Positions 38,662-48,116 of a stretch of DNA of 64,000 bases are shown in pieces. The stretch spans positions 288,001 through 352,000 of the forward strand of contig OZ241841.1 in the NCBI GenBank assembly GCA_965202665.1, written 5' to 3'. Each line of letters begins with the position of its first letter. Within the stretch, counting starts at the first letter, position 1. The notes beneath the pieces were generated by a model that was not told the DNA's origin, ran no database searches, and saw nothing but the letters and a program-made list of their open reading frames with translations. Position numbers and translations under genes: made by a program. This stretch comes from Candidatus Spongiisociaceae bacterium (GTDB lineage: Bacteria > Actinomycetota > Acidimicrobiia > Spongiisociales > Spongiisociaceae).

Positions 38662-39441
38662 ATGAATTCTATGAACCCTAAACCGCTGATAGCCCTCACC
38701 ACCACCGTGCGGGTGGCCGACACTTATCTGGGCCCGAAGACCCGGTTGCACGGCCTGGGGCTGTACTACACGGAGGCGGTGCGGCGCGCCGGGGCGGCGA
38801 TTGTGGCGCTGGCGGAAATGGACCCGGAGGACGCGCCGTTGCTGCTGACCGGGGCGGACGGGTTGCTGGTGACCGGCGGGCACGACATTGATCCGGTGTT
38901 ATACGGTCAGGATAACACGGCCAGCGTGGATCTGGACCGAGCCGACGACGACCGCGACTTGGCCCTGGTGTTGGAGGCTCGGCGGCGGCGCATTCCGGTG
39001 CTGGCCATCTGCCGGGGAATCCAGGTTCTGAACGTGGCCCTGGGAGGGACCCTGCACCAGCATATTCTGTCCGACGACGACCCGGACCATCCGGCGATGG
39101 CCGACTCGGCGGAGATACGAAACGCCCACCGGCATAGGGTCAAGTTTGAACCGGACAGCCGCTTGGCCGATATCTATCAAAACGGGGAACGCCAGGTGAA
39201 TTCCCTGCACCATCAGGCCATTGACCGGTTGGGACGCGGCCTGCGGGTGGTGGGGAAAACCACCGGGGGGCACATTGAGGCGGTGGAAAGCTCTGATACG
39301 GAATGGCGGGCTCTGGCCGTGCAATGGCACCCGGAAATGCTGGACGACCCCGAAGAACAGGCCCTGTTCGAAGCCTTCGCTCTAGACGCCCGCGACTTCC
39401 GCCGCCGTCGCCGAGGCATGGGCTACCGCACCGACTCTTAG
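38662..39441 (+). CDS. Peptidase C26 / gamma-glutamyl-GABA hydrolase family
   Basis: DGLLVTGGHDIDP, LAICRGIQ, VNSLHHQ, VQWHPE. Confidence 0.92.
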   Translation: MNSMNPKPLIALTTTVRVADTYLGPKTRLHGLGLYYTEAVRRAGAAIVALAEMDPEDAPLLLTGADGLLVTGGHDIDPVLYGQDNTASVDLDRADDDRDLALVLEARRRRIPVLAICRGIQVLNVALGGTLHQHILSDDDPDHPAMADSAEIRNAHRHRVKFEPDSRLADIYQNGERQVNSLHHQAIDRLGRGLRVVGKTTGGHIEAVESSDTEWRALAVQWHPEMLDDPEEQALFEAFALDARDFRRRRRGMGYRTDS

Positions 39442-39468
39442 TCCCAACCCCAGGTTCCCAGGCCGGTC

Positions 39469-40710
39469 TCAACCAGGCCCGGCGCGAACAGGCGGCCCGG
39501 GCCGGGGCCGGGTTTTCCATCGGCCGTCTTGCTGGAAAAGTTCCAGGTTGTCGTCCTGCAGTTGGCGGTGGTGTGACCCGCAGAGGGAGGCCAAGTTGTC
39601 GATGTCGGTGGGGCCGCCGTCGTACCAGTCCCAAATATGGTGCAACTGGGTCTGGTGGGTGGAAATGTCACATCGGACGCATCCCCCGTCCCGCACCGCG
39701 GCCGCCATCCGCTGAGCGGCGTTGCCCAGACGTTGTTTGCGCCCCAGCCACAGCACCCGTCCTTTCCCCCCGAAGATAATCCCACTCAGCGAAGTATCAG
39801 GCGAGAGACGTCCCAGAACGGAAGGCGGCACCGGCCCGCTCCCCAAAACCTCACACCGCCCCCCTGGACGGGAGCCGTCCAAAACCCCAATGTCGGCCAC
39901 CACCACCAGCTGAGTAGAAGGCTTGCCCGTTTGAGCCCCCGCCTCGGAAAGGGGTTGAAAAGTTTCAGAATCGCGGCCGGTCAACAGCTCAAACAGGGCG
40001 TCCGCCCGCCGTTGCTCGTTGGAACGAAACTCATCCGGGGAAACTCCGCGGCCGGAATCATCCCGTCGCAACCGATCTACGCCCAAGTCCAAAGCCTGCC
40101 GGACCTGCCCAAAAGCAATCCGGTCCAACTCAGCGTGCAACACCCCCATATCCTTAGCCGGGTCCCAAAACATATAAGCCTTACGCCGCCCACGTTGCCG
40201 CCGCAAAGACTCTTCTTCCCGGTCCCGGCTGTTAGCGGAAGTCCACTCCCGGGCCTTCTTGCGGAACCCATCCGGATTGGAAGCAACCGCCTCCCCCAAC
40301 AACCCCGCGTCCTGATCCACCCGCCGCGCACCGCACTCTCGGGCGGCGCCGGTCAAGGCGGAGGCGTGCTCCAAAGTGATTTCCCCCGCCGCCAACTTGG
40401 CCCGCGTGTTGGGCATCTCCGCCAACCCCTCCGACACTTTGGTGATGTATTTGGCCTGGTGGGAAGTCATCCCCATCTGGTCTTGCATAATCTCAGCCGC
40501 CTCCCGCTTCCCCTCCTCCCGGGACAGACGCAACGCGATAGCGGTCTCCAAGCCGGCCAAACGGGCCTTGGCCCGCTTCACCGCCCCCGCCACCTCCTCC
40601 AACTCAGCCCGAGACCCAGCACCAGCGGCCTCCTCCCCCAGGATGCCCAACCCGGCCCCGATCTGCTCATCAGCCGCCCGAACCCGCTCGGAATTAGCAA
40701 CACGTTTCAT
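39469..40710 (-). CDS. DUF222 (13E12-repeat type) HNH endonuclease
   Basis: QRRADAL, LGRKQR, RDGGC..C, HHI..W.DGGPTDIDNL..LC..HH; start placed 7 nt after the TACGTT -10. Confidence 0.85.
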   Translation of the reverse strand: MKRVANSERVRAADEQIGAGLGILGEEAAGAGSRAELEEVAGAVKRAKARLAGLETAIALRLSREEGKREAAEIMQDQMGMTSHQAKYITKVSEGLAEMPNTRAKLAAGEITLEHASALTGAARECGARRVDQDAGLLGEAVASNPDGFRKKAREWTSANSRDREEESLRRQRGRRKAYMFWDPAKDMGVLHAELDRIAFGQVRQALDLGVDRLRRDDSGRGVSPDEFRSNEQRRADALFELLTGRDSETFQPLSEAGAQTGKPSTQLVVVADIGVLDGSRPGGRCEVLGSGPVPPSVLGRLSPDTSLSGIIFGGKGRVLWLGRKQRLGNAAQRMAAAVRDGGCVRCDISTHQTQLHHIWDWYDGGPTDIDNLASLCGSHHRQLQDDNLELFQQDGRWKTRPRPGPPVRAGPG

Positions 40711-41075
40711 ACTTTCCAACGTAACCGGAGGCTGTGACAAATTCCCCCCACTCGTCGCAACGCCCGCGTCGACGCGCTCAGCCGCCTGCGGCAACCGCCC
40801 GGAATTAGCAATGTGCTTCATACCCCCCACGTAACCGGAGGGTGTGACAAATCCTCCCCGCCCATAGCAACACCCACGCCGACGCGCTCAGCAACCTGCG
40901 GCAACCGCCCAGAATCGGATATACGCTTCATACCCCCCAACGTAATAGAGGGGTGTGACAAATTCTCCCCACCCGAAGTTACGCCCGCCTTGGCGCGCTC
41001 AGCGACCTGCGGCAACCGCCCGGAATTAGCTATGTGCTTCATACTCCCTAACGTAATAGGGGGGTGTGACAAATT
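40690..41075 (-). repeat. About 3.5 tandem copies of a 110-111 bp unit (four promoter/ATG modules)
   Basis: gtgacaaat anchors at 40734, 40844, 40955 and 41066. Confidence 0.92.
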
Positions 41076-41103
41076 CGTTTGGGGGAGGCGAGCATCCTCC
41101 AAA

Positions 41104-43861
41104 TCAAGTGGGAATTGCGGTCTGGGTGGGACCTTGGGCGCGGCGGGCCTCTTGGGATATGCTTTCCCAGGCGGTGACCAAGCTGTTGTAGGCCACGGCG
41201 TCCTCGGTGGCACCCTCGGAGTCCGCCACCTGGTAGAGCAGATAGGCAAGATGGCGGGCTTGGTCGCTCATCCCGCCCCCCACCTTGGCTAACAACTCCC
41301 CAGCCTTGCCTTCGGATTTTTCCATTCGGGCGATGAGGTGCTGGGTAATCTCCCAAACGGTCAATCTTCGGTCGGTCCTAGGATCCCACTCTGGGTCCAA
41401 CTCGTCCCGGCGCAACAACCGAACCTTGCCGCCCTTGGACTCCACAACCCCCGCATCCTCCACCCCCTCCACCGCCACCCCCATCGCCTTCGCCAAAACC
41501 TCAGCATCCCCGAACGATCCCAATTCGAATCCGTATTGGCGATACCAGGTAAGAGCAAACCGACTGTCGGAATCCAATTCAGACTCTTCCGCCGACAAAA
41601 TCTCCTCCAATTTTTCGTTGATGAGACCCAACGCCGTACGAACCGACATCGTGGACCCATCCGCCTCCACCACCCGGGCATAGCGGGAGAAAATACGCAT
41701 TCCCGGCCCGATAGCCGACTGAGCCATATCCACCGGCGGAATAGCCTGCTCCTGAAGTAACTCTATGGCCTCCGGCATCTCATCCCGCAAGGCGGCTATA
41801 AACCCACCCCTCGTTTCTAACTGAGCATTATCAGAACGAGGACGGCAAACCAACACCACCGAAGAGGCCAACGCTGCCGTACCTTGTGAAATCATTCGGC
41901 CAGTTGTTTCAGTATGAATGGGCCAAGTGGCGGTTATCTGTAAACCAGCATCTACCAATCCTTGAAGGAAAGTTTCCCAACCAGTAGAAGTGATTTTTCC
42001 GTTCTTCTTTTCTTGTTGCTTAAATGCGTAAAAAATGGTAGCAGGAAACTTCCGGTTTTGAGCGAGGGCTATTCCCTTCATTACGTTTTTCATACCCTCC
42101 TCAAAATTTTTTTGAGCAATTGTCATTGAACCTACCCTCCATGGACTAGCTACCAATTCATCGAGTTTAGGGGTTAATAAAGTAGAGCATTCATCTGGCC
42201 ACAAATCAAACAAATTATGACGTAACCATACATAGAAAAAATCTGAAATATCTGCATATTGAATGTTGTCATAGTAAGGAGGATCGGTGCAAATTATTGG
42301 TGATACTATCTCCTCTAATCTAGTTTTTGATTCGCGTTGTTTAATATCAGATAGGACAGTATCTTGGATTAAAGGCCAATCTTTAGATGAAAAAGATAGT
42401 AGGACTCCATCAACCATTCCTTTCCAGGAACCTGAAGAATTGCTTAACGGATTGGCTTCCGCATAATCCCATATCATAGGAATAGCTTGCCGACCAAATA
42501 AACCAACAGGACATTCTGAGCTTGGCCTCCATCGAACTAATGAATTATTTGCTTCCGCTAACTTATCAAAAGCAAAAGATAAGTATGTAACAACTGCATC
42601 CGCATAAGCTACAGAACCAGCCCCTCCATCTCGTAAACGTATTCCATCATTGGCTAAGCCTGCTTGCTCAGAATCTGATTTTATAGTATTCCATACTTCC
42701 AACAAAAGAGTAGACAATGTACCAAGTGATATTAATTGTCGAGTAGTAAAGAGATCACTCCATTTTGTCATTCCATATAAAGAAACGCTGTCGGTAGCCT
42801 TACCCAATAAATTCCCTTTAGGAATGAAGTTAGGTTCTGGGAGATTTGGCAACACAGTAGGATTAAAATACATCCTACCAGACTCACCTTCCACAGCAAC
42901 CGCAATCATTGTTTCACTCATCAATCCTTGTTGACTTTGATACTGTATATATTTGGAACTAACTGACGCCCCAGTAGCAATACAAATACCACCTCCTCTA
43001 GCGATTGTCCTCTTTATAGGAGTACCACCCTCCCTAATATTATATCTCACAGTGTGCGTTGAACGATCAACAATCGGTTCTACCCAAATCAAAGGCTTGC
43101 CCTCTTTCTTACGTAATATCCAATTACTTACTAGTGGAATATGACCACTCCAAGATGGATCAGGAGATTTAACGGAACGAGCCCAAATCCATGCTATTAC
43201 CGTTGAATCCTCCACCCTTGGATATATATAACCGATATGTTCCTGTGCTCCCCTATGAATTAAGTCTCCATAGAACTTGATATCCTCCGCTAAACCTTGA
43301 GCTCTATTCCATGTTTTGAGGGTAGTAACATCCTTAGATGCAGGATTAACCGGTGGATAATTTTTAAACCGGGGCGGAATTTCTACCATAGCCTTGGAAA
43401 TTAACACTGCTACTGGATTTAAATCGCCTCCAAACGATGGTAAACCCAAACGCTGGGCCTCCAGTGGAATAATTCCTCTCCCGCAAAAGGGGTCTAAAAC
43501 CCTTACCCCCCCCCCCGTTTATAGAAGGCTCTATCTCCCTCCGGGCCTCGTCCAATACTTGAGGATTGTTAGAATTCTCTCGCGTCAACAACCTTTCCAA
43601 AATACTAAACAGCCGCTTGCGCTCCAGTGTTCTATCCTCCTCTGTAGGAAACCTATCAGGATCAGCAAGGGGATCATCCACTAAGGATGCCCACAAAACC
43701 GCCCGTGCGGCAGGCAATGGACGACGCGCCCACCACCTATGAAGATTAGAAGGATGACCCATCTTGACATTTATATCCCGCACAGACGCTTCATTTATGG
43801 CCTGGAGGGGGAGGGCCACCTCTATTAGTTTGGGGCCGCGGGGGAGGACTACGTCGGCCAT
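41104..43861 (-). pseudogene. DUF1156 adenine-specific DNA methyltransferase, frameshifted at a G11 tract
   Basis: KLIEVALPL, HRWWARRPL; LDPFCG.G.IPLEA in the other frame; TDPPYYDN; C11 at 43506-43516 on the + strand. Confidence 0.85.
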
Positions 43862-43867
43862 TAGGGG

Positions 43868-43944
43868 TGGTGGAGCTGACGGGATTTGAACCCGTGGCCT
43901 CTTGCATGCCATGCAAGCGCTCTGCCGACCTGAGCTACAGCCCC
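43868..43944 (-). tRNA. tRNA-Ala(GGC)
   Basis: GGGGCTGTAGCTCAG...CTTGCATGGCATGCAAG...GGTTCAAATCC...CTCCACCA. Confidence 0.96.
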
Positions 43945-43958
43945 TTTGATTGGTTCCA

Positions 43959-44405
43959 TCATAGTGGGGATTTTACATTCCGCAAACCATCCTCCAAATC
44001 CGCCAAATTCCCGGCGGGGGCGGGAGGCGGCGTCCACTCCACGCGGGGGGCGTCCCCCCACAGGCGCTCCAGGGCGTAGAATTCACGGGCTTGCTGGGAG
44101 AACAGGTGCACCACCAGGTCGCCGTAGTCCATCAGCAGCCAGTCGCCCTCCTCCCGGCCTTCGATGCGCACCGGCTCCCGGTGGTGGCCTTTCAGCCGCT
44201 CCTCCACCTCTTCGGCCATAGTGCGGATCTGCCGTTTGGACGAACCGGTGGCGATCACGAACACGTCCGCCACCCGCAACAGATCCCCCACCCACAGAAT
44301 CGCCACCTCCCTCCCCTGTTTGCCGTCGATCGCGTCCGCGGACGCCCGGGCCAAATCCGCCGAAGACAGTTCCGCAATCGTAACGGCCCGTTCGGTGATA
44401 TTCAC
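43959..44405 (-). CDS. rsfS: Ribosome silencing factor
   Basis: ADVFVIATG.S.RQ, EG....WLLMDYGDLVVHLF...R.FY.LERLW. Confidence 0.93.
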   Translation of the reverse strand: MNITERAVTIAELSSADLARASADAIDGKQGREVAILWVGDLLRVADVFVIATGSSKRQIRTMAEEVEERLKGHHREPVRIEGREEGDWLLMDYGDLVVHLFSQQAREFYALERLWGDAPRVEWTPPPAPAGNLADLEDGLRNVKSPL

Positions 44406-45034
44406 CCCCCTTGGCTGGCAACGGCGTTCATCAACCCCACTTTAGCATCCCCCGCCCCGTATCCGTACAACCCGTGCACCAGGATGTACGCCCACACCGG
44501 TTGGGGAAGCAGATAGTGGATGTTCCCCCTCCGCTCCGCCTTGGCCCGGATTTCGGAGCCGGACACGGGAAACTCCGGCATATCCAGCCATTCCGCCCGA
44601 CCGCCCAGGGCCTCATCCACCGCCGCCCGCTCCTCCCCGGGACGGGGAACCACCGCCACCCGGGCCAAGCCCATCACCTCCCCCGCCCGATGCCAGGTGG
44701 GAAGCCCGCGGGCGGCGTCCGCCCCCAGAATCAAAACCGGTTCGGCGTCCCCCCGTTCCAGCAACGTGTCAATCGTGTAGGTGGGGCCGGGGCGGCGCAC
44801 CTCCCGGTCGTCCACTTCCGCAACATCCCAGTCGGCGACGGCGGCCAACGTCATCCCCAGGCGATGTTCGGCGGAGGCGACCGTCTCCCCCGTTTTCTGC
44901 CAGGGCGAGCCGGCGGGAACGAAAACCACCCGCTCCAAACCCAGTTGCCTGTATGCGGCTTCGGCGATCAGCACATGGATGATGTGGGGAGGATCGAACG
45001 TCCCTCCGAAAATCCCGACCGGCCCGCCGTCCAT
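44402..45034 (-). CDS. nadD: Nicotinate-nucleotide adenylyltransferase
   Basis: GIFGGTFDPPH..H, FVPAG.PWQK, TYTIDT, LILGAD, VSGSEIR. Confidence 0.93.
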   Translation of the reverse strand: MDGGPVGIFGGTFDPPHIIHVLIAEAAYRQLGLERVVFVPAGSPWQKTGETVASAEHRLGMTLAAVADWDVAEVDDREVRRPGPTYTIDTLLERGDAEPVLILGADAARGLPTWHRAGEVMGLARVAVVPRPGEERAAVDEALGGRAEWLDMPEFPVSGSEIRAKAERRGNIHYLLPQPVWAYILVHGLYGYGAGDAKVGLMNAVASQGG

Positions 45035-45059
45035 AACCCCTACCTCCTGCCGCCGCCCA

Positions 45060-45842
45060 TCACATTTCCAACAGGGCGTCCAACCCCACCGTCACCGGCT
45101 CGGCCAAATCCGCCACCGACCGCAACGCCAGCACAATCCCCGGGGCGAACGCCCGGTAGTCGGTGGTGTCGTGGCGGATGGTCAGATATTCGCCGACCCC
45201 GCCCAGCACCACCTCCTGATGGGCCACCGACCCGTGGGCGCGCAACGAATGAACGGCCACCCCTTCCACCGTCGCCCCCAACGCACCCGCCGCCAACTCC
45301 CGCCCCCGGCCGTGCGTCTCCACCCCCGCCCGCCTCCGGGCGGCCCCCATGCGGGCGGCCGTGTTCAGGCTGGTGCCGGACGGGGCGTCCGGTTTGTCGT
45401 GATGGTGCATTTCAACGATCTCCGCCGAAGCGAAATGGGGGGCGGCCAGTTCGGAGAACAGCATCATCAGCACCGCCCCCACCGAAAAGTTGGGGACCAC
45501 CAAGCAACGCCCCCCGGCCCCCGCCCATTCTTCCCGCAGAGCCGCCACTTTGCCCTCATCGTATCCGGAGGTTCCGATCACCACATCCGCCCCGAAAGTC
45601 CGCCAGCGGGAAACGTTTCCGGGCGCGGCATCCGGGTTGGTAACTTCCAAAATCACATCGCATCCCCGCAGGGCCTCCGGGTCGCCGGAGCAAACAACCC
45701 CTCCCAGGTCTTCCCCGTCGTGCCCGGGAGCGTACAAACCCGCCGCTTCCAAATCAGGTTCGGGCAAAAGGGCGCCCAAAGCCAACCGGCCCATTTTGCC
45801 CGGAGCCCCCGAAATCCCCACCCGCAACTTTTCGGCGGTCAT
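45060..45842 (-). CDS. dapB: 4-hydroxy-tetrahydrodipicolinate reductase
   Basis: GAPGKMG, VIGTSG, PNFSVG, EMHHHDKPDAPSGT. Confidence 0.95.
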   Translation of the reverse strand: MTAEKLRVGISGAPGKMGRLALGALLPEPDLEAAGLYAPGHDGEDLGGVVCSGDPEALRGCDVILEVTNPDAAPGNVSRWRTFGADVVIGTSGYDEGKVAALREEWAGAGGRCLVVPNFSVGAVLMMLFSELAAPHFASAEIVEMHHHDKPDAPSGTSLNTAARMGAARRRAGVETHGRGRELAAGALGATVEGVAVHSLRAHGSVAHQEVVLGGVGEYLTIRHDTTDYRAFAPGIVLALRSVADLAEPVTVGLDALLEM

Positions 45843-47095
45843 AGCATCATCACCGTCAGCTCCGCCGAATCGAGCGGCCCCACCGCCCCCATCACCAGCG
45901 GCCCCCGCAACACCCGCCCCGCCACTTCCAACACTTCCCCGACGGTGATCCGGTCGATGCGGGCCAGCCGCTCATCCAAAGAAAGTTGGGGCAAACCGCA
46001 CAGGTGGTTGCGTCCCAGGCGCACCATCCGGGTTTGGGTGTCCTCCATGGACAGGGCCAGCGACCCCCGCATATGGCCTTTGGCCCGTTCCAGTTCCGCC
46101 TCGGTCACCCCCTGTTCGATCATCGTCGCGATTTCGTCGATCAGAATCTCCATCACTTCCGGCACGGTAGCCGGAGTGGTGCCCACATACACCCCCCAGG
46201 CCCCGGTTTCGGTGAAAGGCACACTGAAACTGTGCACGGCGTAAGCCAGCCCCCGTTCCTCCCGGATTTTTTGGAACAGACGGGAGGACATTCCCCCGCC
46301 CAAGATATGCTGCATGGCGGAATGGGCGAACCGCCCCTCGTCGGAGGCGGTGATGGACAGCCCCCCCATCGCCAGATGGGCCTGTTCGGTGTCCCGCCAC
46401 ACCACCATCGTCCTCACCGGAGTCTCCAAGACGACTTCCCGCAAAGGGCGTCCCGTCTCCGGGGTGTCCCATTCCCCGAAATGCTTCTCCACCAGTTCCA
46501 TCACCCGCTCATGTTGCACGTTGCCCGCCACCGCCACCACGCAACTGTCCGACCCGTAGCGCCGCCCCCAGTAGCCGGCCAGGTCGTCCCCGGTCATCGC
46601 CCCGATGGATTCCCTGGTGCCCAGCACCGGCGGCCCCAGGTAATGGCTGGAGAACATGGTGCGTATGAAAGTTTCAAAGGCGGTGTCGGACGGGTCGTCC
46701 TCGTTCATGTTGATTTCTTCGATCACCACCTGCCGTTCCGAGTCGATTTCATGCGGGCGGAAGGCGGGGCGCTGCAGCATTTCCGCCAACAGGTCCATTC
46801 CGGTGTCCAACTCCGAGTCCAGCAGGTGCGCCCAAAAGCAGGTGCGTTCTTTGGAGGTGAAGGCGTTGCTTTGGGCGCCGATGGCGTCGAACGTTTCGGA
46901 AATGTCGCGGGCCGACAGCCGGTCGGTGCCTTTGAAAAGCAGATGTTCCAAAAAATGGGCGGCCCCCGCCTCATGGGGTCGTTCGTCGCGGCTGCCGGTG
47001 TCCAGCCAGCATCCGACGGCCACCGAACGCACCGCCGGAACGGTTTCGGTTACCACCGTGACGCCGGTGGAGGACCGCGAGGTGACGATGCTCAT
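45839..47095 (-). CDS. M16-family zinc peptidase
   Basis: GSRDE, HFLEHLLFKGT, NAFT, LGGGMSSRLFQ.IREERGLAY. Confidence 0.93.
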   Translation of the reverse strand: MSIVTSRSSTGVTVVTETVPAVRSVAVGCWLDTGSRDERPHEAGAAHFLEHLLFKGTDRLSARDISETFDAIGAQSNAFTSKERTCFWAHLLDSELDTGMDLLAEMLQRPAFRPHEIDSERQVVIEEINMNEDDPSDTAFETFIRTMFSSHYLGPPVLGTRESIGAMTGDDLAGYWGRRYGSDSCVVAVAGNVQHERVMELVEKHFGEWDTPETGRPLREVVLETPVRTMVVWRDTEQAHLAMGGLSITASDEGRFAHSAMQHILGGGMSSRLFQKIREERGLAYAVHSFSVPFTETGAWGVYVGTTPATVPEVMEILIDEIATMIEQGVTEAELERAKGHMRGSLALSMEDTQTRMVRLGRNHLCGLPQLSLDERLARIDRITVGEVLEVAGRVLRGPLVMGAVGPLDSAELTVMML

Positions 47096-47197
47096 ACCCC
47101 GATGTTACCCCGCCCCGCCCGCTTCCGCCCCGCCCGCCGGGAGCCCCCTCCTTAATTAAAGGGGCTTAGAGGAGCGCCCCTCCCCTACAATGGGGGA

Positions 47198-48049
47198 ATG
47201 GACCTCACCCAGCCGGTATGCCATCGGCACCGCGACCGGATCACTTTTCTGCGTTGCTCCCGATGCGAACGGCACATCTGCCCGGACTGCTCCATCGACT
47301 CGGCGGTCGGACAGCGGTGCCCGGACTGCAGCCCGCAGCAACCCCGCCGGGTGGCGTCCCGCGCCTCCGGCCCGGCCCGGACGGGCGGCGGCTCCCGCGC
47401 CCGCAACATCGGCGGTTCGCTCACCCCGGCTACCCTGGCCATCCTCATCATCACCGCCGTCGTCTACCTGTTGCAGTGGGTGATGGGGAATACCATCTTC
47501 AACTATTTCGCCCACGCCACCTGGCTGGTCGCCGAAGGAGAATGGTGGCGGGGCGTCACCGCCGCTTTCCTGCACAGCGAAGGCTTCATCTTTCACATTC
47601 TCTTCAACATGTATTTCCTGTACGTGCTGGGCCCCCGCATGGAACAGCAGGTGGGGTCGGCTTCTTTCATCGCCCTCTATCTGGGGTCGGCGGCGGGCGG
47701 CGGGGCGGCCTTCCAGTTTCTGGTGGACGGACGGGCGGTGGCCCTGGGGGCGTCGGGGGCGGTGTTCGGTTTGCTGGGGGCGGCCCTGGCGGGGGCTTTC
47801 CGGGTGCGCAACACCCCCGCGGGCAGGGCCGCCTTCCGGCAGTTGGCGTTCCTGCTGGCCATCAACCTGGTTCTTCCTTTCGTCATCGGGAACGTGGCCT
47901 GGCAGGCCCATTTGGGCGGACTGGCGGCGGGCCTGGTGATCGCCGGCCTCTGGCAGCGCATCCCCCCCGGCCCGAAACTGAACCGGTCCCGCACTTTGAC
48001 GGCTTGGGCTGTGGCGGCCATCGCCTTGGCTTTGCTGTGGGCGGCCTGA
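47198..48049 (+). CDS. Rhomboid intramembrane serine protease with N-terminal B-box-like zinc finger
   Basis: CHRH...C.RC...ICPDC, AFLH, HILFNM, GASGAVFG, AHLGG. Confidence 0.92.
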   Translation: MDLTQPVCHRHRDRITFLRCSRCERHICPDCSIDSAVGQRCPDCSPQQPRRVASRASGPARTGGGSRARNIGGSLTPATLAILIITAVVYLLQWVMGNTIFNYFAHATWLVAEGEWWRGVTAAFLHSEGFIFHILFNMYFLYVLGPRMEQQVGSASFIALYLGSAAGGGAAFQFLVDGRAVALGASGAVFGLLGAALAGAFRVRNTPAGRAAFRQLAFLLAINLVLPFVIGNVAWQAHLGGLAAGLVIAGLWQRIPPGPKLNRSRTLTAWAVAAIALALLWAA

Positions 48050-48116
48050 ACCGCCGCCCCGCCCCCCTTTCCGACCGGGGGATTTTTGTCGGACGGGTAT
48101 GGCAAACTGAAGAACC

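Noticed and set aside
40690-41075. Possible CRISPR array
   Set aside because: The whole 111-bp unit is homologous between copies, there are no unique spacers, and no cas genes are present.
39440-43944. Integrative element at tRNA-Ala
   Set aside because: No integrase and no duplicated tRNA 3' end found.
47142-47167. Imperfect palindrome agcccc...ttaattaa.ggggct between divergent genes
   Set aside because: Arms are unevenly spaced and it occurs once; no function can be assigned.
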